DNA from: Gaiellales bacterium
Lineage (GTDB): Bacteria > Actinomycetota > Thermoleophilia > Gaiellales > Gaiellaceae
Assembly (NCBI GenBank): GCA_038213135.1
Contig: JBBQTQ010000001.1
Span: 2,895-66,894 of the forward strand
Reading direction: 5' to 3'
DNA: 64,000 nucleotides
Shown here: one piece after another, positions 53,831 through 62,993 of the stretch
Layout of the letters: the number at the start of each line of letters is the position of its first letter
Position numbering within the stretch: position 1 is the stretch's first letter
Notes under the pieces: generated by a model
Told to the model about the DNA's origin: nothing
Seen by the model: only the letters and a program-made list of their open reading frames with translations
The model's database searches: none
Made by a program: the position numbers and the translations under genes

Positions 53831-54217
53831 GTGCCCCGGGTCGCGCTGCCGCCGATAGCGCTCGCAGTCCTCGCCGGACTCGCCGACGCCGCCGGCGGTC
53901 ACTCGATCGCCTTCTGGCTCTTGGTTCTGGCAGTGCCGGCCGCAGCGATCGCCGCGCTCGCCACTCTCGACGCGGCGCTCGAGCCCGACGGCTCCCGCTC
54001 GCTCCGCCATGCGTGGCTGCAGAGTGCGGCGCTCGTCCTGCTGCTCGCCGTCACCGCTGTCCGCGCACCCGTTCGGGCCACCGGTCACGTGCCGAGCTTC
54101 GCCGTGACTGCGTACGTTCTCTGCCTCCTCGTCTTCGCGCTGCAGGCGTTCGTCGCGATCGTGCCGACGCTGCGCGCGCTGGGCCGCCAGATGAAGCCGG
54201 GCGCCGCGGCTCGCTAG
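53831..54217 (+). CDS. hypothetical membrane protein
   Basis: GTG at 53831. 128 aa with four predicted TM helices and no recognisable family. GC3-rich codon pattern in this frame. Confidence 0.4.
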   Translation: MPRVALPPIALAVLAGLADAAGGHSIAFWLLVLAVPAAAIAALATLDAALEPDGSRSLRHAWLQSAALVLLLAVTAVRAPVRATGHVPSFAVTAYVLCLLVFALQAFVAIVPTLRALGRQMKPGAAAR

Positions 54218-54226
54218 AAGCCGCGC

Positions 54227-55564
54227 CTAACCTTCTCGGCTACTCGCCACGTTCGGCTCGGCCTGGGCTCTAAGGAGCAGCGCGTCGTTGTGCGGTTGCG
54301 CCATCACCTCTGCGTCTTCGGTGCTCGTGATCGTGCGGATCGGGGAGAGGATGAGGGGCACGAAGGCGAGCGAGGCGCCGATGGCGCCGATCCAGAGAGT
54401 CTCTCGGAGTCCGACGTGAGAGCCGAGCGCTCCGCCGAGGAGTCCTCCGAGCGGGATCACACCCCAGACGACGAATCGTCTGGAGGCAGTCATCCGGCCA
54501 AGCATCCGATCCGGTGTGATCGCCTGGCTGAGCGTGATCGCCGTGATGTTGTAGATGACCGACCCGAGCGCGAAGACGAACTGCGCGACCACGAGGAACG
54601 GGATGGCGAGCGAGCCTGAGGCGAGGGGAATGAGGACAAGCGCCCAGGCATTCGTGGCAGCTCCGATGAGTGTCTTGCCGATCCCGAACCTCCGCGTCAG
54701 GCGTGTCGCGGCGACGGCGCCCAGCAGGGAGCCGATGCTGCCGAGGGTGAAGGTCAAGCCGATCGTCGCTGGCGAGAGGTGCAGCTGCCGAACCGCGTAG
54801 ACGAGGACGATCGAGAAGATCAGGGTCGTGAAGAAGTTGCTGATCGCGACGAACAGGATGCTCGGTCGCATGAACGGGTGGCGAAGGACGTACCTCAACC
54901 CTTCCGCAATCTCGGTTCGCATCCGCGGTCTGTGACCGCTGACCCGCTCGCGCGCCGTCTCCTCACGTCGAATCCGCGCAAGGAACAGAGCAGACACGAC
55001 GAAGCTGGCAGCATCGAGCAGGATCGCGTACGGCGCGCGTAACGCACCGACCAAGATCCCGGCAAGTCCAGGGCCGGCTACCCCAGCAGTGGAACGAGTG
55101 AACTCCAGTTTCGAGTTGCCCTCGCCGATATCCCCGCGCTCGACGAGTGAGGGCAGATAGGACTGGTAGGCGACGTCGAAGAAGACCGTCAGAAGGCCGG
55201 CGAGGAAGCCGACGGCGTAGATCTGTCCCAGCGTCAGCTCGCCTAACACATACGCGAGAGGTATCGAGCCAAGGGCGAGCGCACGCCCGCAATCCGCGGC
55301 TATCAAGATCGGCCGCCGCCGTAATCGGTCGACCCAAACACCGGCAGGAAGACTGAACAAGACGAACGGAAGCATCTCGACCACGCCGAGCGCCGCAACC
55401 TCGAAGGTCGTCGCCCGGAGAACGAGGATCGCCGCAAGAGGCAGCGCGAGCTGCGTCACTTGGCTCCCGAACTGGCTGATCGTCTGCCCCGACCAGAGGC
55501 ACAAGAAATCGCCGTTATGCCAAAGCGCGCCTTGCGGACGGAGCCCCATGAGCAAACCGCGCAT
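54227..55564 (-). CDS. MFS transporter (EntS/MFS_3-like)
   Basis: 445 aa with 12 TM helices: FLCLWSGQTISQFGSQVTQLALPL...PAGVWVDRLRRRPILI. Codon usage is noticeably less GC3-biased than in neighbouring genes. Confidence 0.85.
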   Translation of the reverse strand: MRGLLMGLRPQGALWHNGDFLCLWSGQTISQFGSQVTQLALPLAAILVLRATTFEVAALGVVEMLPFVLFSLPAGVWVDRLRRRPILIAADCGRALALGSIPLAYVLGELTLGQIYAVGFLAGLLTVFFDVAYQSYLPSLVERGDIGEGNSKLEFTRSTAGVAGPGLAGILVGALRAPYAILLDAASFVVSALFLARIRREETARERVSGHRPRMRTEIAEGLRYVLRHPFMRPSILFVAISNFFTTLIFSIVLVYAVRQLHLSPATIGLTFTLGSIGSLLGAVAATRLTRRFGIGKTLIGAATNAWALVLIPLASGSLAIPFLVVAQFVFALGSVIYNITAITLSQAITPDRMLGRMTASRRFVVWGVIPLGGLLGGALGSHVGLRETLWIGAIGASLAFVPLILSPIRTITSTEDAEVMAQPHNDALLLRAQAEPNVASSREG

Positions 55565-55619
55565 CCAGCCGAACTATGTCAAGGGCGTTCGCCTGGCCCG
55601 CGTTTGGGACGCTGTGCTC

Positions 55620-57095
55620 TCAGAAGCCGAGCGCGCCGCTGACGGCGTGTTTCGCCAGGTCGATTAGCGGCTGCACCGCGAAGAACGAGCCGACAGTGAC
55701 GGCGAGCGCGGCCGCGATCGCCAGGCTCAGCGCGCGCTCCTTCGGCGGCTGGCCGCCCACGAGTGCGACCTCGCTTGGTAGGCGCATGTAGACCGCTCGG
55801 ATCACGCCGAGGTAGTAGTAGAGGCTAACCGCGGTGGCGAGGACGCCGACGATCAGCAGCCAGATCCAGCCCCGGTCGTAGATCGCGGCGAAGACGTAGA
55901 ACTTGCCGACGAAGCCGCCCGTCGGCGGCAGTCCGGCGAAGCCGAGCATGAACACCCACATGGCGACGCCGTGCAGCGGCCGCTCCCAGCCGAGCCCGGC
56001 GAGGTTCTCGAGCGTCACCGGCTGGCCGAGCTCCCGCTCGCGCGCCGCGACGACGGCGAACGCGCCGATCGACATGGCCGCGTAGGGCACGAGGTAGTAG
56101 AGAAGCGCGCGCGAGCCGAGCGCGCTGTTCGCCGCGATCCCGATCAGCATGAAGCCCGCGTGCGAGACCGACGAGTAGGCGAGCAGCCGCTTCACGTTCC
56201 GCTGCAGCAGCGCACCGAGGTTTCCGATCACGAGCGAGGCGACGGAGATCGCCGCGACCGCGGGCGCCCAGAGGTGCGCCTCCTGCGGGAAGGCGGTCAC
56301 GAGCACGCGCAGCGTCAGGATCAGGGCGACCGTCTTCGTCGCCGCCGACATGAAGGCCGTCACGGGTGTCGGCGCGCCCTCGTAGACGTCCGGCGTCCAC
56401 ATGTGGAACGGCGCGGCCGAGGCCTTGTAGGCGAAGCCGACGAGCATCATCGCGAGCCCGACGATCAGCAGCGAGTCGCCGACGAGACCCTGCGAGGAGA
56501 TCGCGGCCGCGATGTCGTGGAACGCAAGGTGCCCGGTGGCGCCGTAGACGAGCGCCGAGCCGAAGAGCAGGAATGCCGAGCCGAAGCCGCCGACGATCAG
56601 GTACTTCAGCGCCGCCTCGAGCGACCGCTCGATTCCCGCATCGATCGCGCAGAGCACGTAGAGGCAGAGCGAGAACCACTCGAGCGAGAGGAACAGCGTC
56701 ATCAGGTTGTTCGCCGACCCGAGGAAGACCATTCCCGCGCCGGCCGCGGCGAGTAGCGCGTAGTACTCGGCCACGTGCTCCCGGCCCCAGCGGCGCGTGT
56801 ACGAGACGCCGACCGCGAGCAGGCCCGAGCCGGCGATCAGGATCGCGGCGAACGCGCCGAGCCGGTCGCGGCGCATCGCGTCCGCGATCACGCCGTGGCC
56901 GTGGGCGCTGTCGGCGAAGAGCGCCGCCGCGACGCCGAACGCTCCCGCATAGCCGAGCGCGCAGCAGACCGCCGAGAACGCGCTCCTGGCGCGGGCCGGA
57001 ACCAGCACCGCCGCGAGCAGGCAGATCGCGGCCGTGCCCAGAAGCGCAAGCGTCGGCGCGAGGGCGTACAAGTCGACGGGCGGGCGATGGATCAT
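55620..57095 (-). CDS. nuoN: NADH-quinone oxidoreductase subunit N
   Basis: 491 aa antiporter-like subunit. Last gene of the nuo series. ATGA-type overlap with nuoM. Confidence 0.9.
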   Translation of the reverse strand: MIHRPPVDLYALAPTLALLGTAAICLLAAVLVPARARSAFSAVCCALGYAGAFGVAAALFADSAHGHGVIADAMRRDRLGAFAAILIAGSGLLAVGVSYTRRWGREHVAEYYALLAAAGAGMVFLGSANNLMTLFLSLEWFSLCLYVLCAIDAGIERSLEAALKYLIVGGFGSAFLLFGSALVYGATGHLAFHDIAAAISSQGLVGDSLLIVGLAMMLVGFAYKASAAPFHMWTPDVYEGAPTPVTAFMSAATKTVALILTLRVLVTAFPQEAHLWAPAVAAISVASLVIGNLGALLQRNVKRLLAYSSVSHAGFMLIGIAANSALGSRALLYYLVPYAAMSIGAFAVVAARERELGQPVTLENLAGLGWERPLHGVAMWVFMLGFAGLPPTGGFVGKFYVFAAIYDRGWIWLLIVGVLATAVSLYYYLGVIRAVYMRLPSEVALVGGQPPKERALSLAIAAALAVTVGSFFAVQPLIDLAKHAVSGALGF

Positions 57096-58537
57096 CGGAT
57101 CGACTGAAGGGCCGGTGTCTGGGAGTTCTGGCCGAAGGTGCGATCGGTGATCCCGGCCGGCCAGGCCGAGAGTGCGAGCAGGCAGAGCAGCAACGGGACG
57201 AAGAGCGCGAGCTCACCGGGGCGAAGGTCGCGTGCGTCCTCGGTCTGGGGCGCGGGGCTCCGATGCAGCACCGCGGAGATCAGGCGCAGCATGTACATCG
57301 CGGCGAGCACGATCGCGATCCCGCCCACGACCGCGTAGCCCCACCCGTGCGGGAACACCCCGGTCAGGATCAGGAACTCGCCCGCGAACGCGCTCGAGCC
57401 GGGCACCGCGAGTGCGATGATCCCGGTCGCCATCAGCACCGTGGCGAGCACTGGCCGTCCCTTCGCCATCCCGCCGAGCCGGTCGAGCTGTCCTGTCGCA
57501 GCGCGGCGCTCGACCGCACCGGCGAGCAGGAACAGCGTCATCGAGATCAGCCCGTGGTTGACCATCTGCAGCACGGCCCCGTTCAGTCCGGCGACGTTCG
57601 TCGCGAACAGCCCGAGCGTGATCAGGCCCATCTGCGCAAGGCTGGAATAGGCGATCACGCCGCGGATGTCGGGCGCGCGGAAGGCGAGCAACGATCCATA
57701 GACGAGCCCGATCGCGGCGAGCACGAGAATCGGCGCGCGCAGGTCGGACACCGGCCGCCCGAAGTGCGCGATCGCGATGAAGAGGAAGCCGTAGGTCGCC
57801 GCCTTCGAGATCACGCCGGAGAGCACTCCGGCCACCTCCGGCGGCGATTCGCGGTAGGCATCCGGAAGCCAGCCGTGCAGCGGCCAGAGCGGGGCCTTCA
57901 CCGCGAAGCCCGCCGCGAAGCCGAGGAAGATCCAGACGCTCTCGCTGTGGCCGTGGACGAGATCGAAGCTGCCCTGGGTCAGCCCGTAGGCGATCACGGA
58001 GGCGAGCATCAGCAGCGAGCCCGCCATCGTGTAGATGACGAACTTGATCGTCGCCTGCATGCGCCCCGGCCCGCCCCACACGCCGATCAGCACGTAGAGC
58101 GGGATCAGCATCGCCTCCCAGAAGACGTAGAAGAGGAGCAGGTCTTGGGCGGCGAAGACGCCGACGACGGCCCCGGTCAGGAACAGCATCAGCCCGAAGT
58201 AGGCGCGCGGCCGGTCGCGTCCGGCCCAGAGCCCGTAGCCCGTCGCGGCCGCCATTCCGATCACGCCGAGCCCCGAGAGCCAGAGCGTGTAGCCGTAGAA
58301 GCCGACGTGGTAGGAGATGCCGAACTCGCTGAACCACGTCAGCCGGCTCGTCTCCTGCAGGTTGGCGGCGCCGAAGTTGTAGCGCCCGACTGTCCAGATC
58401 CAGAAGCCGACCTCGAGCAGGCTGAAGAAGAACGCCGCGCCGCCGACCCAGACACGCGGGATGAACGCCGGGAGCGCCCAGACGAGCAGCGCGGCGCCGA
58501 AGGGCAGCAGGATCAGCGTGTCGGTTAGCCAGCCCAT
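57092..58537 (-). CDS. nuoM: NADH-quinone oxidoreductase subunit M
   Basis: 481 aa with FYVFWEAMLIPLY and KAPLWPLHGWLPDAY motifs. Confidence 0.9.
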   Translation of the reverse strand: MGWLTDTLILLPFGAALLVWALPAFIPRVWVGGAAFFFSLLEVGFWIWTVGRYNFGAANLQETSRLTWFSEFGISYHVGFYGYTLWLSGLGVIGMAAATGYGLWAGRDRPRAYFGLMLFLTGAVVGVFAAQDLLLFYVFWEAMLIPLYVLIGVWGGPGRMQATIKFVIYTMAGSLLMLASVIAYGLTQGSFDLVHGHSESVWIFLGFAAGFAVKAPLWPLHGWLPDAYRESPPEVAGVLSGVISKAATYGFLFIAIAHFGRPVSDLRAPILVLAAIGLVYGSLLAFRAPDIRGVIAYSSLAQMGLITLGLFATNVAGLNGAVLQMVNHGLISMTLFLLAGAVERRAATGQLDRLGGMAKGRPVLATVLMATGIIALAVPGSSAFAGEFLILTGVFPHGWGYAVVGGIAIVLAAMYMLRLISAVLHRSPAPQTEDARDLRPGELALFVPLLLCLLALSAWPAGITDRTFGQNSQTPALQSIR

Positions 58538-60415
58538 CTAGCGCACCGAGAGGAAGACGACGGTGAGGACGGCCATGCTCGCGGCGACCGCGAGCACGTA
58601 GGTGCGGACGAGCCCGGTCTGCAGCCGCCGGACGCGGCCGGCCAGCGCGCCGATCGTGCCGGCGACGCCGTTGACGCCACCGAGGACGATCGGGCCCTCG
58701 AAGCCGCCGCGGAGCAGGCGGGTCATACCGACGGCGGGCCGGTAGAAGAGCGCGTCGTAGACCTCGTCGAAGTAGAACTTGTGCTCGAGGATCGGCGACG
58801 TCTTCGGCGGCGCCTCCTTCTTGGCACCGTAGATCCACCAGGCGACGCCGATCCCGAGTGCGCCGAGCACGACGGCCGCGATGCTCGACACGGTCTCCTG
58901 CGTGTTCGTCGCGGCGATGCTCTTCACGACCGGGTCGAGGAAGGTCGTGACCGGGTGCCAGACACCGGCGAACTGGAGCCAGCCGCCGACGGTCGCCAGC
59001 ACCGCGAGCGCGGCGACCGGGAGCGCGAGCGCCAGCCGCGGGATCCGTCCGGCCGGGTCGTGCGGCGGATGCTCCTGGACATACGCGGAGGGCTCGCCGC
59101 CGAAGACGATGAACAGCATCCGGAACGTGTAGAGGCCGGTCAGGAACGCGCCGACCATCCCGGCGATCCAGAGGATGACGCCGTACCAGCCACGTGCGAG
59201 CGCGGCGGCGAGGATCGAGTCTTTCGAGAAGAAGCCGGCGAAGGGCGGGATGCCGACGAGCGCGAGCGCGCCGACGAGCATCGCCAGCGAGGTCTTCGGC
59301 ATCAGCTGGCGCAGGCCGCCCATCTTGCGCATGTCCTGCTCGCCCCCGAGCGCGTGGATGATGATCCCGGCCCCCATGAAGAGCAGCGCCTTGAAGAACG
59401 CGTGCGTCATCAGGTGGAACATCGCGTTCGCGTAGGCGGTGAGCCCGGCGCCGAGAAACATGTAGCCGATCTGAGACATCGTCGAGTAGGCGATCACCCG
59501 CTTGATATCCGTCTGGACGAGGGCGATCAGGCCGGCCATCACGAGCGTCGCCGCGCCGAGTCCCGCGGCGAGCTCCTGCACGTGCGGGGCGGCCTCGAAG
59601 ATCGGGTGGGCCCGGCAGATCAGGTAGACGCCGGCGGTCACCATCGTCGCCGCGTGGATCAGGGCGCTGACCGGCGTGGGGCCCTCCATTGCGTCCGGGA
59701 GCCAGGTCTGGAGCGGCAGCTGGGCCGACTTGGCGACCGCGCCGCCGAGTAGCCCGAGCGCGACGAGGTTGATCGATGCCGTGCCGATCGCTCCCGCCTG
59801 GCCGAAGACCGTCTCGAAATCGAGCGAGCCGGTGCGCTGGATCAGCAGGAAGAAGCCGAGCGCCATGGTCGCGTCGCCGAACGCGTTCATGATGAACGCC
59901 TTCTTGGCGGCGGCGACCGCAGCCGGCCGCTCGTGGTTGTAGCCGATCAGCAGGTACGAGCAGAGGCCGACGAGCCCCCAGCCGGCGAGCAGGATCAGCA
60001 GGTTCCCCGACTGGACGAGCAGCAGCATCGAGAAGACGAACAGCGAGATGTACGCGAAGTAGCGCCGCTCCTCGTCGTCCCCGTCCATGTAGCCGATCGA
60101 GTAGGCGACGATCAGCGCGCCGACTCCGGAGACGATCAGCATCATCATGATCGCGAGCGGGTCGGTGAGGATCCGCAGCCCGAAGTCGAGGTTGCCTGCG
60201 GTGGCCCAGCGCCACGCGGTCGAATAGGCGGTGCGGTTGCTCGGGACGCGGTCGAGCATCTTCAGGAAGGTCACGACCGCGGCCGCGAACGATCCGAAGC
60301 ACGCGAGCGTGGCGAGGTAGCCGGCGCCGCGGCGCGAAAGCTTCGTCCCGCCGAGCGTGATCAGCATGGCCGCGCCGAGCGGTAGGAACAAGCAGATCCA
60401 GGAGGCGGCGATCAC
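58538..60415 (-). CDS. nuoL: NADH-quinone oxidoreductase subunit L
   Basis: 625 aa: GWGLVGLCSYLLIGY, KSAQLPLQTWLPDAMEGPTPVSALIHAATMV, and a C-terminal lateral helix region. Confidence 0.9.
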   Translation of the reverse strand: MIAASWICLFLPLGAAMLITLGGTKLSRRGAGYLATLACFGSFAAAVVTFLKMLDRVPSNRTAYSTAWRWATAGNLDFGLRILTDPLAIMMMLIVSGVGALIVAYSIGYMDGDDEERRYFAYISLFVFSMLLLVQSGNLLILLAGWGLVGLCSYLLIGYNHERPAAVAAAKKAFIMNAFGDATMALGFFLLIQRTGSLDFETVFGQAGAIGTASINLVALGLLGGAVAKSAQLPLQTWLPDAMEGPTPVSALIHAATMVTAGVYLICRAHPIFEAAPHVQELAAGLGAATLVMAGLIALVQTDIKRVIAYSTMSQIGYMFLGAGLTAYANAMFHLMTHAFFKALLFMGAGIIIHALGGEQDMRKMGGLRQLMPKTSLAMLVGALALVGIPPFAGFFSKDSILAAALARGWYGVILWIAGMVGAFLTGLYTFRMLFIVFGGEPSAYVQEHPPHDPAGRIPRLALALPVAALAVLATVGGWLQFAGVWHPVTTFLDPVVKSIAATNTQETVSSIAAVVLGALGIGVAWWIYGAKKEAPPKTSPILEHKFYFDEVYDALFYRPAVGMTRLLRGGFEGPIVLGGVNGVAGTIGALAGRVRRLQTGLVRTYVLAVAASMAVLTVVFLSVR

Positions 60416-60720
60416 CCGCGCAGGCTCCCGAGCTTGTCGACGTCCAGCTCGAGCTTCCGGCGGGCCATGGCGACGATTAGGCCGAGACCGACGACCACCT
60501 CGGAGGCGGCGACGGCCATCACCGTCAGCGCGAAGATCTGCCCATCGCCGTGCGCGAAGTGGCGGGAGAAGGCGATCAGGGCAAGGTTCGCGCCGTTCAG
60601 CATGATCTCGAGCGAGAGGAGGACGATCAGCGGGCTGCGGCGGACGAGGACGCCCAGTGCCCCGATCGCGAACAGGAAGCCCGAGATCGCGAGGTACCAG
60701 GAGACATCAGGACCCCTCAC
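60412..60720 (-). CDS. nuoK: NADH-quinone oxidoreductase subunit K
   Basis: GTG at 60720: (M)RGPDVSWYLAISGFLFAIGALGVLVRRSPLIVLLSLEIMLNGANL...AASEVVVGLGLIV. 102 aa. The upstream 50 codons of the track ORF do not look like NuoK. Confidence 0.85.
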   Translation of the reverse strand: MRGPDVSWYLAISGFLFAIGALGVLVRRSPLIVLLSLEIMLNGANLALIAFSRHFAHGDGQIFALTVMAVAASEVVVGLGLIVAMARRKLELDVDKLGSLRG

Positions 60721-60889
60721 GTCCCCGGCCGCCTTCCGCTCAAGCCCGGCAGAGCCGGGCTCCGCCGAAGGCTGACGCCGCTGGCGGCAGGATGCGGCGC
60801 GGGCGGCGCTTGTCCGTACTGGGATGTACTGTCCTGCGCGCCGCCCGCTTGCCTCCTTTGCCAGCGACACCCCGGGAACGTGAGAGGGT

Positions 60890-61453
60890 TCATGGCTCTA
60901 CGCTCGCCTCCTCGTCTGCGGCCTTCGAGTGCGAGCCGAGGATGACCCCACCGACCGCGGCGACGAGCAGGACGATCGAGGTGATCTCGAACGCGAGCAG
61001 GTGGTCGGTCAGGAAGAGCCGGCCGATGCTGCTCGGGCTGCCGAAGGCGCTCGTGATCTGCTCGGAGTGTGAGAGGCGTCCGCCGGCTTTGAGGCCGATC
61101 GCGAGCACGGTCTCGACAAGGATCGCCGCCGCCGCGCCGATCGCGCCGATCGCCTGCCAGCTGGGCGCGCCCGCCCAGGGAGCGTCCGCGCGACCGCCGA
61201 GATAGGCGATCACGAACAGGAACATCACCATCACCGCGCCCGCGTACACGAGCACCTGCGCGGCCGCGACGAACTCGGCCGAGAGCAGCAGGTAGAGCAC
61301 GGCGAGCGAGCCGAGGTTCCCGATCAGCGCGAGCGCCGAGTAGAACGGGTTCGAGAAGGACACGACCGCGATCGCCGAGCCGAGGCAGGCGGTGACGGCC
61401 GCGAACCAGACGATCCAGGTCAGGACGTTGCCGGCTGAGGCCGCGACGATCAC
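60890..61453 (-). CDS. nuoJ: NADH-quinone oxidoreductase subunit J
   Basis: GTG at 61453. 187 aa: ...NPFYSALALIGNLGSLAVLYLLLSAEFVAAAQVLVYAGAVMVMFLFVI... Confidence 0.85.
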   Translation of the reverse strand: MIVAASAGNVLTWIVWFAAVTACLGSAIAVVSFSNPFYSALALIGNLGSLAVLYLLLSAEFVAAAQVLVYAGAVMVMFLFVIAYLGGRADAPWAGAPSWQAIGAIGAAAAILVETVLAIGLKAGGRLSHSEQITSAFGSPSSIGRLFLTDHLLAFEITSIVLLVAAVGGVILGSHSKAADEEASVEP

Positions 61454-61505
61454 GGTTCCACTTTCGTTACAGGGGCTGTCCCTTGCTTTTTGGCTTCGCT
61501 GCGGC

Positions 61506-62000
61506 TCACGAGTGCATCCGGTAGTAGGGAATGGGCGTGTCGAACTCGTCCGCGTCCGCGACAGGCACCTTCTTGATCGGCTCGGCAAGGAGCATGTCCT
61601 TCGTGTAGATCTGGTCCTCGCGGGAGTACTCCGAGATCTCGAACTCGTTGCCGAGCGTGATCGCGTCGAACGGGCAGGCGAGCTCGCAATAGCCGCAGAA
61701 GATGCAGCGCGACATGTTGATCTCGTAGATCCGCGCGTAGCGCTCGCCGGCCGAGACGCGGTCGTGCTCGGTGTTCTCGGCCGCGACCACACGGATGCAG
61801 TCCGCGGGGCAGGCTGCGGCGCACAAGGAGCAGCCGACGCACTTCTCGAGGCCGTTCTCATGCCGCCAGAGCCGGTGCCGCCCGCGGAAGCGCGGGTAGA
61901 CCGCCCGCTTGAACTCCGGGTACTGCTGCGTGATCGGCTTCTTGAAGATCTGGCGGAAGGTGACGCCGAACCCCTTGAAGCTGTCGACCGGGTTCGGCAT
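61506..62000 (-). CDS. nuoI: NADH-quinone oxidoreductase subunit I
   Basis: Two 4Fe-4S motifs, [12 protein letters not shown] and [12 protein letters not shown]. 164 aa. Confidence 0.92.
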   Translation of the reverse strand: MPNPVDSFKGFGVTFRQIFKKPITQQYPEFKRAVYPRFRGRHRLWRHENGLEKCVGCSLCAAACPADCIRVVAAENTEHDRVSAGERYARIYEINMSRCIFCGYCELACPFDAITLGNEFEISEYSREDQIYTKDMLLAEPIKKVPVADADEFDTPIPYYRMHS

Positions 62001-62993
62001 CTAGCTGTGCACCCAGGCGACGATCAGGGCGGTGACCGTGGCGTTGATCGTCGCGACCGGCAGCAGGATCTTCCAGCCGAAGCGCATCAGCTGGTCGTAG
62101 CGCAGCCGCGGCAACGTCGCGCGCAGCCAGATGAAGATCGCGATCGAGATGAACAGCTTGATCAGGAACCAGAGCGGCCCCAGCGGCGCCCACGGTCCCT
62201 CCCAGCCGCCGAAGAAGAGCGTCACCGCCAGCGCCGAGAGCACGATCACGTTCACGTACTCGGCCATCTGGAAGAGCCCCCAGCGCATGCCGCTGTACTC
62301 GGTGTGGTAGCCCCCGACGAGCTCGGTGTCGGCCTCGGGCAGGTCGAACGGCGGCCGGTTCGTCTCGGCGACTCCAGCAACGAAGAAGACGAGCAGTCCG
62401 ACGAACTGCGGCGCCGCGAACCAGACCGTCGACTGCTGCTTGTGGACGATGTCCACGAGCGACAGCGACTGGCCCATCACGACCACGCCGAGAACGGACA
62501 GGGCGAGCGAAACCTCGTACGAGACCATCTGCGCGCAGGTGCGCATCGAGCCGAGGATCGAGAACTTCGAGTCTGAGGCCCAGCCGCCGACGATGAAGCC
62601 GTAGATCCCGATCGAGCCGAGGGCGAAGATCAGAATCAGCGAGATCGGCACGTTCGCGACGACACCGGAGACATGCCACTTCCAGATGTGCCAGCCGGCG
62701 CCGAACGGGATCACGCTGAACGCGAGCAGCGCGGTGAAGGCCGAGAGCACCGGCGCGGCGATGTAGACGACGTTCGCGGCGCCGATCGGCGCGAAGACCT
62801 CCTTGCGGATCAGCTTCACGAGGTCGGCGATCGGCTGGAGCAGTCCGTAGGGGCCGGCGCGGTTCGGGCCGTAGCGCAGCTGCATTCGGCCGAGCAGCTT
62901 CCGCTCGAGCAGCGTCGTGTACGCGAACGCCAGCAGGAGCAGGTTGATGATGATCGCCGCCTTGATCAGCGAGATCCACCAGCGGTCGTTCAT
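62001..62993 (-). CDS. nuoH: NADH-quinone oxidoreductase subunit H
   Basis: ATG at 62993 with an ATGA overlap with nuoG. ...ERKLLGRMQLRYGPNR.GP.GLLQP.AD..K...VAETNRPPFDLPEA..ELV.GYHTEYSG. 330 aa. Confidence 0.92.
   Translation of the reverse strand: MNDRWWISLIKAAIIINLLLLAFAYTTLLERKLLGRMQLRYGPNRAGPYGLLQPIADLVKLIRKEVFAPIGAANVVYIAAPVLSAFTALLAFSVIPFGAGWHIWKWHVSGVVANVPISLILIFALGSIGIYGFIVGGWASDSKFSILGSMRTCAQMVSYEVSLALSVLGVVVMGQSLSLVDIVHKQQSTVWFAAPQFVGLLVFFVAGVAETNRPPFDLPEADTELVGGYHTEYSGMRWGLFQMAEYVNVIVLSALAVTLFFGGWEGPWAPLGPLWFLIKLFISIAIFIWLRATLPRLRYDQLMRFGWKILLPVATINATVTALIVAWVHS

Noticed and set aside
57213-60302. Very long ORFs in the six-frame track. Examples are 57213..60302 (1029 aa), 6820..9396 (858 aa), 38267..40486 (739 aa), 19639..21447 (602 aa), 56366..58528 (720 aa) and 4..1065 (353 aa).
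   Set aside because: Their products are Arg/Pro/Ala/Gly/Asp-rich low-complexity sequence with no motifs. Each lies antisense to, or out of frame with, a gene that has clear family signatures (nuoL/M, GT-C/DUF2079, ftsH, otsA, CPBP). These are typical shadow ORFs of ~70% GC DNA, where stop codons are rare.
60852-60859. A strong Shine-Dalgarno-like AAAGGAGG (minus strand) in the nuoJ-nuoK spacer, suggesting a hidden small gene.
   Set aside because: No ATG, GTG or TTG occurs within about 20 nt downstream on that strand, so no ORF can be supported. It is kept only as part of the spacer finding.
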